Part shown: positions 41,687-55,216 of the stretch, in pieces
Layout of the letters: each line of letters opens with the position of its first letter
Position numbering within the stretch: position 1 is the first letter of the stretch
Origin: Octopus bimaculoides
Lineage: Eukaryota
Direction: 5' to 3'
NCBI RefSeq assembly: GCF_001194135.2
Contig: NC_068988.1
Location: forward strand, 10,135,847-10,199,846
Length of the DNA: 64,000 nt
Program-made: the position numbers and the translations under genes
Notes under the pieces: model-generated
What the model saw: only the letters and a program-made list of their open reading frames with translations
The model's database searches: none
Told to the model about the DNA's origin: nothing

Positions 41687-42067
41687 ACGTGGTTATCTTA
41701 TATCAAGATAAACAGGGCGTAACTTTGCTGGTGGAGTCCAGTTAGAATTGTTGTCATGTTGCTCAAAAGGTCCCTGAATAAGGTTTGATGTTTGTTTAAG
41801 GATGGCGAAGAAAACAGAATTCCTCGCAACACATATGATGCTCCCCACTATTCCTGCTCGTGATAAGAGATGCATATATCATCATCCACTACGGGACTTG
41901 CTCAACGGCTTATGGTCAAACGGCTGACAAGCAAATTTCTGATATTGAGCACAGTATTTTCTATAGCACCTCTTTTATACCAAGACAAAACTTTCACATG
42001 ATAACACTTCCAAGAACTTAAGATCAGAAACCCTGAGAGCCGGTCCCTGGTATTTCATCGGGGCATC

Positions 42068-42130
<63 letters not shown>

Positions 42131-42131
<1 letters not shown>

Positions 42132-42435
42132 GTTCAGTAGTTTTATTTTTATAACGTGCTTTCACTTCACTACCGAGCGCAGCTCTGTGCGCCTTGGGTA
42201 TGTGCTGTGGTTTGCTGTGGTGCTCTTATGTTTACTGTATTGAAAGTGTTTTGCGTAGGATGTGTGCAGTGCCTAGTAATGCTATTTTCTGTATGTTATA
42301 TATATTTGTAAGTCCTGGTGTTTTTGTTATGTATTTGTCTGAATATTTTTTTTATTATACCTAAGGCACCTACTATGATAGGAATTGTTTCTGTTTTTAG
42401 ACTCCACATTCGAGTTATCTCTATTTCCAGGTCTT
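42131..42435 (-). mobile_element. R4/Dong-type retrotransposon (subfamily B), 5' part in N gap
   Basis: Minus-strand DLEIEITRMWSLKTETIPIIVGALGIIK; the 3'UTR is nearly identical to 675-752; (TTA)n on both sides. Confidence 0.9.
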
Positions 42436-42520
42436 NNNNNNNNNNNNNNNNNNNNNNNNNNNNNNNNNNNNNNNNNNNNNNNNNNNNNNNNNNNNNNNNN
42501 NNNNNNNNNNNNNGGGCATC

Positions 42521-42586
<66 letters not shown>

Positions 42587-43045
42587 CATTATTATTATTA
42601 TTCTTAAGGTAATAATAATATTAATAATAATAATAATAATAATAATTTTAATAATAATGATAATATCAATAATCGATGTGCTTATGGTGATGCCCAGTAT
42701 GTCTTGTATTTGAGAAGGTAAGCACTTATCTCAGCGATATACGAATGTTTTATCTTGTAAGTCAATCAAGCGTGCAGAACCCATCACCTTGTGACCAATG
42801 TTTATGTTGGGGAAGGTGCTGATAGCAATCGTTATGTCGCAAAAATTGTGGTAAAAGATAAATGTCATCATAATAATGTACAAAATAATAGATTAATTCG
42901 ACAACCTAACAAAATTGTAACGAAACATAATTTCATGCATTCGATTTTTTAAAACTTTCATTTTGTTTTTAATTTTTCTAAATATACGCATGTGTGTGTG
43001 TGTGTGTTTGCGTGTGCGTGTGCGTGTATTTGTGTAAGTGAGTGT

Positions 43046-43093
<48 letters not shown>

Positions 43094-43297
43094 ATACATA
43101 TATATATATATACATACGCATATATATATAGATATGTATGTGGGGTATGTATATATATGTTTATACATGAATATATATATATACATATATAAGCATATAT
43201 AGAAACATACACCCTCCTACACACATATCTATATATATATGTGCATATTCACACACCTATATATATGCAAATGATATATATGTATACGTCTATATAC

Positions 43298-43348
<51 letters not shown>

Positions 43349-45049
43349 TATATATAATGTATGTATGTAGGTATGTATGTAAAGCTTATATATGTAATTG
43401 TTTTTATAAAAAACATAATCTCAGACAGTAAATAACAAAAACTGAAAGCAAAAATCAAACAAAAGCGGTTATTGAATATAACACAATCTCATATTTGGAC
43501 GTTGCGTCTTATTTTACGACTCATTTCTCTTCGTAAGATGGTTTGATTAAATTTCATTACGAATAACATATATTGTTCTTTTACTAAGCTAGCGTTTAAA
43601 TGCTCTTTTATTTGACATAGATCGATGGCTACAAAGTTAATTTATTGATTGATTCCATTCCTTTTCACATTCTTTATACGTCTTCGTTTTTGCGCTTACT
43701 TATTTTCGCTCGAATACTATATAGTTTACAGTCAATAATCTAATGAGAAACTAGATATAACACTTCTCTGATATTTCATAGATAAATATTGAAAATGGTC
43801 AGTTTATGAAAGTGAAAGTAAAGACGGGAAGCAGGATAGTTTTACAACAATTTTGGCGGGTGTAGTTTCATAATTTCGATTTAAATCTGTGCGAGTTTAC
43901 CCATATGATCTTAACCATTTGGTTAAGATTACTATGTCAAATGTTATGCTTATATTGTCATACGGTTTTGAATTATCTTGTAGCTTGAAGAATTTGATGA
44001 TGTGACTGTTACATTTTAAAGTAACAATGTAAGCTAGATATGAGAAGCAGGATCTGTTTGATTTGAAAAGAAAACATTTGGATGATTTTGGCCGGATATA
44101 TCCGGTTTAAATGCTAAAGGTTTATAATGAGGTGGGATACAGTTGACGTCCTAGGAATGTAAAGGTCATTGTATATAGTCGAGCCCTAACTACAAATAGC
44201 AGTGACATATTAGATAAATTACCTCATCCTAATGCACAAAATAGAGGTAATAGACATAATATTTTTATTAATTGTAGCAGCAGCTATATGTCTCATAGGC
44301 ATTACTGTCTTGAGTTCTAGCACTCACAGCGTCGGTTACCTGAATTAATACGACGTATATGATCCCCAAACCCCAATATTTACTTGCAGTGTTACTCATT
44401 TAATATTTAGTAGATTGGAGCAACTGAAAATAAAGTGTTGAACTCAAAAAGACAACTCGTCAAGCAATCTTGCATTCGAAATTGTGATGTCGCGACCATG
44501 AGTGCAACGTCATATCCACTAGACCATCCAACGTTACGATGCAAAAATACAGCACTTAAAAAGGTGGGGGTGAATAACTTTACTGTCCTTGAAAACAGTT
44601 GGAAACTGATGGAATAATAATGCAGCGAACCACTTTAATCATATACCTACTTAATCAGCGTTTGCTTGGGTTTAAGCAACAATAACACAAACAGATTCGG
44701 AAAAGGAGTCTTTCCTTACTGAATTGTTAAGAGGATTTGTAATTTGTCAATCGATAAAATCATATATGTAATCAAAATCCTCGTTGAATGTTATCCAAAC
44801 CACTCCTATTTTTGATTAATCCGCTTTTACATTATCGCTATTCTGTTAGCATCGATGTGTAATAGCCCACTGCTAAAAGGGGTTGATTTAATGCAAGCGT
44901 GGTAATTATTCACTATAATAGAAATTAGTGAGATGATATATATTAATGTTATGCAGGTAAATACGAAACAAGGATGAATCAACGAAATCATATGTATGCG
45001 GTCGTTGGAAATGCAGATAATTAAAAATCAAATCACCATAAAATCTTTC

Positions 45050-45900
45050 GCTAGAATCCAAGAAAATTTGGGACACACTTGACAATTTACATCTGGTTGT
45101 AATTTAACTGAAATCTAGGGAATATGTTCACGACGAGAATGCATGAACAAGCTGACACAAAGTACGGTATCAACTGCCAACGTTATCTGGTGTAAAACTA
45201 GAATCGGTATATAGATCACTGCCTTATCCTGTCGACATAGTACCAAGATGCTTCAAATTCTTAATGTCGTTAATAACAGTTTTCGGTTCACAATGGGATT
45301 TAGTCATAAAAAAGCACCCTTCTAAGACACTTGATTATAATGTATGACATGAATAGAGTGACCGACATGTGCTACAAAACAGACTCTAAAGAATATCTAC
45401 TGTTTACTTCATGCCACTCCAAACATATCAAATCAATCAAAAACTCCATTTAACATAGGCAGTAGAATGTGAGCAATTGACTCCAATCCAAATGTTCAGC
45501 ATAACATGTCAAAAGAAAGAAAACCTACTTGAATTAAAACAAATTCTACTTGAAAGAAAGTATTTGTCTATTCTGATAGAGAATGCAATGGAACGCACAG
45601 ATAGAATAGACATCGAAGAATAACGAAAAGACAGAGACAGTTCAGATGCGCCCAAATCTCTGTCATTAGTTACTTCACAAAACATATTAAACAGAAACAT
45701 TCACCATTATCCATCAGAACATGCCGTTATGGGTCAAAACTTAAGAATGGAAAAGCCGTTTGAATCGCAAAAGAAATATTCTAATGTAAACGGTAACCAA
45801 AATCCCTCAAACAACTACACACGTATGCGAAACTGCTCGTCATGCACATACGCATACACCAGGACAAAAGAAATGTGCTCGTCCAGAATTATAAAACTGG
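45050..45900 (+). mobile_element. Penelope-like element, decayed RT/thumb/linker
   Basis: RYIDHCLIL (YIDD-like), LNVVNNSFRFTM, DMCYKTDSKEYLLFTSCHSKHIK, LLELKQILLERKY..ILIENAMER, R*PKSLKQL; frameshifts and stops throughout. Confidence 0.8.
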
Positions 45901-46577
45901 TATAAATCTCATAATCCTTTTTTTGTGTCCGTTACTTATATTTTCTCTACTAAACCCCTATATTTCACATAGCATTCCATTGGCTTTGAACACACACGCA
46001 CACACGCACACACATACACACACACAGACACACACATACATATCCAATCTATCCTGTAATCTTGATGTCTATATAGACACCAAAATTTGCCGTTAAGTAT
46101 ATAAACTTGAGTACCGTAGTTACATCTCTCTATGAGATCACTGTAAGAATAACCAGCGCGGAAAGGCAGTCAATTAATGAAAGCGTTGTACAACCTTGGT
46201 GTCACATCACTGAAGATTTCCTTAAGTAAATCTCACACAAGAAATTTACTGCAGTTCTATATGCTACATTCGTTATGTTTGAAGTAGGAAACGGCCAATA
46301 ACCTCTCATTCCTTGTAATAAATTCTACCAAAATGATATAACTCTACATCAATTAGGTATCAAACCGAATTTAAATCGGCTCTACATGGGGCTTACATAA
46401 GTTATAAACGATCAAACAAATGATTTTGTTATTTAAGTAGACATTTTACATTTGGTGTTCTCATTCCAGTACATTACAGTCCATACATTCCAATACACAT
46501 GGAAATAAGCAAATAGATATGTGTTTAATGTGTATGTGTGTGTGTTTGTATTTGAGAATGTACGTGCGTGTGTGTGC

Positions 46578-46703
46578 GTGGCTACGAACATCACTCGTTA
46601 TATATACATATGGATATATAGATATATGACGAGTGATGTTCGTAGCCACTTCAACATGGCTGTCAGTTCGAACGGACAGCCACGTAGAAGTGGTTACGAA
46701 CAT
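46578..46703. other. Nested inverted-repeat cassette, probable small MITE or transposon end
   Basis: Perfect 21-bp arms 46578-46598 and 46629-46649; 8-bp hairpin 46657-46682; third arm GTGGTTACGAACAT at 46690-46703. Confidence 0.85.
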
Positions 46704-46766
46704 TGCCTATTAGTACAACTATTGCGTTGAACTTTATATATATATATATATATATATATAAGTACG

Positions 46767-47382
46767 TATTTATTTATTCTTTTAGTTCTTTCAGCCATTT
46801 GAATTCGTCCCCGATGAAGCACCGCCTTTAGTCGAGCAAATCGACTAAAGACTTATCCCTTGTAATCCTAGCACTTATACTATCGGTCGCTTGTGCCAAA
46901 CTGCTAGGTTACGGGACGTAAACACACCAGCATCTGTTGTCAAGCGATGTTAGGGGGACAAACAAGCACACACAAACATATACACACATATACTCACACA
47001 CATCCATCCATCCATCCATCCATCCATCCATCCATCCATCCATACATACATACATACATACATATATTTATATATACATACATACATATATATATATANN
47101 NNNNNNNNNNNNNNNNNNNNNNNNNNNNNNNNNNNNNNNNNNNNNNNNNNNNNNNNNNNNNNNNNNNNNNNNNNNNNNNNNNNNNNNNNNNNNNNNNNNN
47201 NNNATATGCGTGTATACACATGACGGGCTTCTTTCAGTTTCCGTCCACCAGATCCATCCCCAAGGCTTTGGTCTGCTCGAAGCAAACCAAAATCACTTGC
47301 TCAAGGTGCCACGGAGGGGGACTGAACCCGGAAGCATGTGTTTGGTAAGAAAGCTACTTACCACACATCCACTCCTGCGCCT
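46767..47382 (-). mobile_element. Family B SINE, full length, with central ATCC/ATAC/AT microsatellite and gap
   Basis: Head reverse complement CCACACATCCACTCCTGCGCC at 47362-47382; GACGGGCTTCTTTCAGTTTCCGTC; 3' half homologous to 10060-10247. Confidence 0.9.
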
Positions 47383-47385
47383 ATG

Positions 47386-47425
<40 letters not shown>

Positions 47426-49266
47426 CATGCCTTCGCGCACGCGTGTGTCTAGTTAGCAATCATATTATTAGAAATTATTATATGCATGCGCACTTATGTG
47501 TATGCATGGATACTCATTTGTTATAAAGTGATCTTTGCCAGTACACTCTTCAATATCTAAATGGATATTTAATTAATTTTCTCTATATTACATAAATCAC
47601 AAACTTATTAGCAAAGCTTCGACTCTTGTATTTCATCATGTCTGGAAGGTTTCGTGAATTAAATTTAATCTAGAATTCTAAGTAATTATCTTCAATATTC
47701 TGGATTTTAATTTTCGTTCGACTGTGAAAATAACAAGCGTGGCGGCTGATACTATTAATATATACAAGTGAATAGTAATACATACGTTCGACATTGCAGG
47801 CCGTAGTTTACCACCTCTATATTTTAAATCTTGTTTTGTGTCACTTGTTTCTCGAAGGTCATATTTTAAGTAAGTCTTCCTGATATTTTTCTAACGAAAA
47901 CAAATTGGCTTTACTTTTAATTAAAAGCAAAACAAAATGAAAAAAATAAGTTAATAACGAAAAACTTATACCTACGTCAAACACAATTTTGTTTTTGTTA
48001 ATTCTATGTGAATGAAAATTGATTTTTTGTAAATTAGATATCCTAAATTTCAAAATTTGATTATTTTTATACAATTTGAGAACAAATGTCATTTGCCAAA
48101 TCTAAACGGGTATCGATGTTAGTCAGAATAGGTCAGCTTCTATAATAGACGTTTCTATTTTATAAATCTGAAATGAAATGAAAGGAAAGTGTACTATTTA
48201 TGAAGGTTTCTCGTTATTATGTATATATGGAGAAATTTTCATCTTAGACGTAGATATTCATATAGAAATCCAGATATGAAAGATTATTTCTGTAGAATTG
48301 ACGTGGTCATGTATAGAAAGAACACGCACATTTTCTAGTTTTTTTTTTCATAGTGGAAACTGAATACTACTTTGAAATAAATATAAACTCTGAAAAATAG
48401 TTATGCGTTGGAAACTATGGAGGAAGACTTTTAGTGCCATCGCTGTTATAAGAAAATGCTTCCAATATTCTCATGAATCGCAACCTACTGATATTTAAAA
48501 AATATATACATCCAGCAGTGTAGTCACGGATGCCTGGAAATACACATTATAGTTGAGTATCATGATTGAATGGTAATGGTCATCGATCACATTTCAGGCA
48601 TGTAGGTAGGCTCATCTGTGGGTGTTGAAAACACATAAAATTTCAACGTAAGATGGAGTCAAGTGTTAGAGCAGGAGAGTAAACTACACAGCCACTCCTG
48701 CGCCTATATTGTTTTTATCTAGATGCATATTGTATTTTTTTTATCAAGAGAAAATTGTTCCTGATCATATATTTACATCTTATAAATTGAGACTTTTTGC
48801 CAGACATTCTCATCATTTGCTTCGCATAGTCACCAAGCGTTTGATAGTATTCATCTGTACAGGCTTGTACACTTGTACGCTTAGTGCTCAAGTCCTTTGC
48901 TCAAGTATATGTGTTGCAAATTCTATTTCATTGCTCACCGCTCAGTTATGGGAAAGAGTTCTCCGCAAATTTGCTTTTCAAGTAAGAGATGATTTACAAT
49001 AATTTTCTATTTTTGCCATTGCCTCACCTATCTAGTTTTTAAATACAATCCGCTCTACGATGTATTTACTGCAGCAGACACAGCAACAAATACTTCTACC
49101 TTGCATCATCAATCATATATTCTTGTCTAGACAGAACAATATTTCACGACAGTTTCTGACTATTCAATTTCCTGCTTGTCTCTTTTCAAAAACATGAAAA
49201 TAAATTTGTTTGACATTGTTCCTTTTCACAAATAATGACATTCAGTTTCATCAACTGAAATGCTGC

Positions 49267-49480
49267 CTTCAAATTGTGGCACGAGGCCAACAATTTTGTG
49301 CATGGGAATAAGTCAGTGGTATCAAGCAAGTGCTCAGGCGATTCTTATCTTATCAACCACTAAATAATGAAAGGCAAAATCGAAGTCGGCGTAATTTAAA
49401 ATCATACTGCAAAAACAGATGAAATGTCGCTAGGAATTTTGCACGATGCGTGCTTACGATTTTGCCAGCTCCTCGCCTTA
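49267..49480 (-). mobile_element. Family A SINE, old copy
   Basis: Reverse-complement head TTTTGCCAGCTCCTCGCCTTA and body ATGAAAGGCAAAATCGAAGTCGGCGTAATTT. Confidence 0.8.
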
Positions 49481-49521
49481 TCAACATGTGAAATATTTGC
49501 ATGACATTATATTAGATGTTG

Positions 49522-49737
49522 TAAGACGGCGAGCTGGCAGAAACGTTTGCACGCCGAGCAAAATGCTTAGCGATATTTCGTCTGTCTACGTTCTGTGTTC
49601 AAATTCCGCCTAGGTCGATTTTCCTTTCATCCTTTCGGGGTCGGTAGTCTAAGCACCAGTTGCGTACTGGGGTCGATCTAATCGACTGGCCCCCTCCCCA
49701 AAATGTCAGGCCTTGTGCCTAAAATAGAAAGGATTAT
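49522..49737 (+). mobile_element. Family A SINE, full length, well preserved
   Basis: GGCGAGCTGGCAGAA (A-box-like), GTTCAAATTCC (B box), CCTTTCATCCTTTCGGGGTCG core, AGAAAGGATTAT tail. Confidence 0.92.
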
Positions 49738-49959
49738 ATTAAATGCTGTATTTCTTGTAATTTGTAATTTCCGCTTTATTCTTTTTAATGGATGTACATT
49801 TTTCAATATACATGTGCTTAAACGCATACATATATATTAATTATGTAATACACATTCACATGCATATATATATATTTCTCTTTCTCTCTCTCTCTCTCTA
49901 ACTATTTATCTCTATATGTGTATTTGCAAATATATATATGTATATATGTGTGTGAGGGC

Positions 49960-49991
<32 letters not shown>

Positions 49992-50536
49992 NNNNNNNNN
50001 NNNNNNNNNNNNNNNNNNNNNNNNNNNNNNNNNNNNNNNNNNGTCTGTTATTTTTGTGTCATTGTGGTAGGGATGGTGGTTGTGTGTGTGTGTGTAGGTA
50101 GGTATATATTACGTAGAAAAAAAATAAAGGCATTAATTGCCACATGTGCAAAACATCGGCACTTTTTAGACCATATCAAATTATTTTAACGTAGTACTTC
50201 ATAACTGCTTCCACAACTGCTTCCAAATAAATGCATATAATTTGTGATTTCTATTTGATTTTATACATACATAGATATATTTACGTACATCCAGGTACTG
50301 ACGTTCATATTATAAAATAAAATTATATACAGATCAATATATGCGTAACAATGCATTTCCTTGCAACAAGTGTTCATAATGCTAATGGTGGTATGCAATT
50401 AAAATTACACAACACTACGCTTCGTATGCGATGTACCGGCTTCGATGAGTATATGTATAATTTGTATGCACATTCCCAGCGGCAACATGGATTGCTTTCC
50501 TCGAGCACTACACACGCACATACACACTCACACACG

Positions 50537-50612
<76 letters not shown>

Positions 50613-50770
50613 TGAACACACGTATACGCGTACAGATGCACAAACACACACATACGCAAACATAGAAACGCAGACACATTTTTACGCATCCTATAAATGC
50701 ACAAGTCTCTATATGACTTAAATACATGTAAGCACACGTATCTTAATGATGTAAATAGATACGTATGTGC

Positions 50771-50809
<39 letters not shown>

Positions 50810-51272
50810 TAGATAGATAGATATATATATACATATATATATATACATATACATATATACATATATATACATGTATGTATNNNNNNNNNNNNNNNNNNNN
50901 NNNNNNNNNNNNNNNNNNNNNNNNNNNNNNNNNNNNNNNNNNNNNNNNNNNNNNNNNNNNNNNNNNNNNNNNNNNNNNNNNNNNNNNNNNNNNNNNNNNN
51001 NNNNNNNNNNNNNNNNNNNNNNNNNNNNNNNNNNNNNNNNNNNNNNNNNNNNNNNNNNNNNNNNNNNNNNNNNNNNNNNNNNNNNNNNCATATATATATA
51101 AATATAAATGAGTATATTTATTTATTTATTTATGTGTTTCAGCCAAGTGGCTGCGGTCATGCTGGTGCATATATGTATTATATACACATATAGAGGAAAA
51201 CTCGTATACAATATTTACATATCCATCCATTTGTGTGTGTATATATATATCTATATAAACACACACACACAC

Positions 51273-51356
<84 letters not shown>

Positions 51357-51857
51357 GCAGAGAGATATGTAAATATGTGGATTTCTTGTTCTGTTTTGTA
51401 GCACCATTTCATATAATACACGGATATATTTCTATATTATTGCTCAGGTTATTAATTATACTACCCAAGAGTTATTTTCTACGCTATATTATATACTTTT
51501 AGGTGAATTTATATTATTTGTCATGTAGATTCGTATGTGTTCTTTTTTCTTTTTTTCTATTACGTATATTTTGCAAAATGATGACATCGAATTTCCAATA
51601 AATGAATAAATACGATACTTCGCGTATTGTACTACTTTTACTACCGTAATTCCATTCGTATAACTATAACAGCAAAATACAATTTTCTCATATGCTGATG
51701 ATGTAATGATGTAGTAGACATTGAAACCACTTCTTTGGTGTATTTGCTGCCTTGATATAAATCACGAAGACGACTTATTACATAATGTAAATATATAAAT
51801 ATATATTTACATTATATAATTACGAACAGACATATACACAAACACAAATATACATGA

Positions 51858-51915
<58 letters not shown>

Positions 51916-52449
51916 GTAATACTGGTATCTTTAAAAAAAATTGCGCCTCCACTGTCTGGAACAAAACCTGGAGTGTTATGCAGTGATATAGAATGGAAGA
52001 TTCTAGAAGAGCTGGCACCAAACATCGCCTCCTATATCTTATAGCTGGTCCTGAACAGAGCGTCACTGCATTGATACAAATGCTCAACGCTTCCAATCTT
52101 TAATAATGAAGAGGTACTCAAAACCCTACAGCTATTTAATATCATTCCACTAAACCTGAGTGTAATATGTGAAATAGTGCTGGATGTTTCCGTCATGTAC
52201 CTTGACATTTCGATGTCCAAAATCACAGATCGACCAACATCTCATCAAAGAAATTTAAACAAGCTAAGCAAGAACAAACTCCATCAATCACCAAAAGCCA
52301 TGTACAGAGGAATGTGCTTTGAGTAGATGATGGTAATGTTGATGCCGCAACATGCGCATAGCGTTTAGGCTGAAAATCATAAAGAATATATAAATAGAAG
52401 GTTCAGACATAACATTAAATTTTAATATGCTTATATATTTGTGCTGCAA

Positions 52450-52760
52450 GATTCTTGATGGATGTGAAATCGTGTGTTGAAACAGATATTGTTATACTTG
52501 AGGACGGTCATATTTTGCCAGTTAACCACGTGCACAATATCTGTGCATTTGGATTTTATGTATTATACAGTCTGTATTTGTGTCTCTTTTCATCTCATTC
52601 TGTCTTTAATCTGTTGCGTAGTGTGGTGGAGTGGTGGGTGTTATTATTCATGTCTTCTGTTGAGACCCGGTCTAGTTTATCTAGACTAGAACTATACGTG
52701 TGGCCTCCGTAATGTCTCTGAGTTTCGGGTCTCTTGATAATATCTTCACATACCTGTTAT
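52450..52760 (-). mobile_element. Penelope-like element, decayed linker and GIY-YIG endonuclease C-terminus
   Basis: Minus-strand HTYSSSLDKLDRV...STTLRNRL (PY..LSEKL.R....TLR.RL-like), IIHKIQ/CTD and HVVNWQNMTVL (H..DW.N..IL-like). Confidence 0.6.
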
Positions 52761-53469
52761 CAATCGAGTCTTTCAATCAAGCATATTGACAGAACACTGG
52801 CAAGCTTTAGTCCGCCACTGTTCTTGAGCGTCTGCTAGTATTTACCTACCCGTTCAACTATGCGACTTGCTGTCTCGCTAATGCTTGTTTCTTGTGTATA
52901 CATACACAAGACACACTCATGCCAAAGATAGAATGAGAACGAAGACATAACTCCACGCACACACATGCACGCAAACACACATACACTTAGATATAAAGAC
53001 AAATAGAAACGCACGCGCATTTAATGATAGATGCCATAGAATGACAAAATGAAATAGGGCGAACAAGAGAAGACAAGTGGAACAAAGAGTTGCTGAATCG
53101 GAAATAGAGGATGTGTCATAAAAAGGATTTGACAAAGAAACTAAAATATATGATAATAAAGCTGAAGTGAAGACCAAACTGTGTGTTTAATTGGCAGAAT
53201 ACGATTCTCCGTAGGTATAACAATACATTTTTACAGTTTCACTAAATTTGATGGAAAACATGCAATAAATCATCTCTGTTTGCTGAGTAGTGTTGCATCG
53301 TATGTTGGCTTCTATTCCTATCGAAATATTTTCTCGCCATTCACGATGCAGTGGACGTCCTGTTGTTGAATTTTGAAACTCTGCTGCGTCAAGTTTATCA
53401 CATTCACTTTGTGGAAGAGAAGAGAGAGCATCAGTATTCCTATGAGACACTTGTATCTTGTCGATGGCT

Positions 53470-54520
53470 CAAACAGAGTTTAATCCGACTTTTTTGAAAG
53501 GTAAAAACATACACGAAAAAAGAAGCCTACCAAGAGTAGATAACATTGAGTTACAACAGAATGCAGAATCTGGATTTAGCTGGATGTATCCAGATACCTG
53601 TCGCACTCTTATGTTGCCATGACATTAATGGTATTTTCATTCGTTTATTTGAAAAGAAAGATGTAAGCGAATGTTGACGTTTATGGATTCGTCAATACAA
53701 ATTTTAAAAGCTGTATTACTACATAATGGAAATTTAAAACCATCTCGCCATATCGCTCACTCAACACTTTTAATATATAATGCTATATTATCATGATGAT
53801 CCCTTTTTAATGCAATTCAATACAACGGATGCCAATGAAATGGTAGGAATTTTCAAATAAATTGTGTTTTTCAAAAACATAAAAAGCACAATCATCAACT
53901 ATCGATGCATTTTATGTCTTTGGGACAATCGTACAATTACGCAGCATTATTATAGAAGAGAATGGCCCACCTTCTCTGCATACTTTCCTGGAAGAAATAT
54001 CATTTACTCATCCATTAATTCGTCCGAATAATATAGTTTTACTACCGCTTAACATAAAACTTCTTTCAATGAAAATATTTGCTGAAGCCATGCGTAAGAA
54101 CGTTTCAAAATCTCAGAAATTTTGCAAAAACTAAATGAAGCGAAAATGAATAAGGTTTTTTTTTTATGTAACCAGCCAAAATGTATTAGAAGCGAAAGGA
54201 TTTGAGAAAGCATTATCAGAAACAGAGCTAAAATCTTCAGAAAGCTTAGAAATTGGTCGCTCTTAAGGATTCTTCGTTTCCATCTTAAGTATGAAAACTG
54301 ACTAAAGCTTTTAAACATATGTGTTATCACGCACCTATTAAATTTTATTTCTTACGCATACAAGTAGATTACTTATTCTGAAAACCCTAGCGTTCAGCAA
54401 TGCAAGTAAATTCTTCACAACGCCCAATCTACGGAAAGTCCTTAAAAAAAAACAGCAAAGAAAGTACGGTGGCGCATCACTGATGGATTACTTACAATGA
54501 TAACTCGAGTAGCATGAGCT
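53470..54520 (+). pseudogene. Decayed DNA-transposon transposase, Chapaev3-like (CMC group)
   Basis: Colinear motifs CHDINGI, FMDSSIQILKAVLLHNGN..PS.HIAHS, CILCLWDNR...HYYRREWP, PLI.PNNIVLLPLNIKL, LNEAK..., F.K.L...EL and RKYGG..LMDY, across several frameshifts and stops. The family label is from recalled motifs. Confidence 0.8.
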
Positions 54521-55130
54521 GGAAACTGCGCATATTTTCCCCATTTCTTTTTGTGGATGGTTTGTATACAATATATGCGCTTATTCATGTAATATACATA
54601 TACTCTCTATCTATCTATCTATCTCTCTGACCTTTCTCTCTCTCTCTCTCTCTCTCTCTGTATATATATATGCAGACACACACATACGCACATATATACA
54701 TATATACACACACACACACACCGATACACACACATCTCTCTTTATATATATGTGTGTGTACATATACATATACATATATATATATATACATATATATATG
54801 TACACATCTATTGGTGTGTGAGCGTATGTGCGTCTCCTTTTATTCATTTCCCAATGATCCTCATCTTCTTGAACGAAAATTAACATCTGCTGCAAAGCAA
54901 ATGCATCGCTTGCATAAAGAAAAAAAAAACACGTTCACAATCTGCATTAGATATTCTTTACAAAAATGCAAATTATTTTCAGAAATCTGATGAAGGAATA
55001 TTTCAACCGCCTTAACACAATTGTCATTCAATGCTTTGCTGATCTTTCAAGTAAAGAAGACTATTCTCGCTACACGATACATTTTCGTATTAATTTTCCT
55101 ATTGCTAATACACACAGACGCATATGTGTG

Positions 55131-55179
<49 letters not shown>

Positions 55180-55216
55180 TTGTACGCATGCGCATATATA
55201 TAAGACTGAGCCTTCA

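Noticed and set aside
43985-44126. Possible piggyBac-type MITE end (AATGCTAAAGG...TAA)
   Set aside because: Only one degenerate end could be seen; no matching left TIR or clean TTAA duplication.
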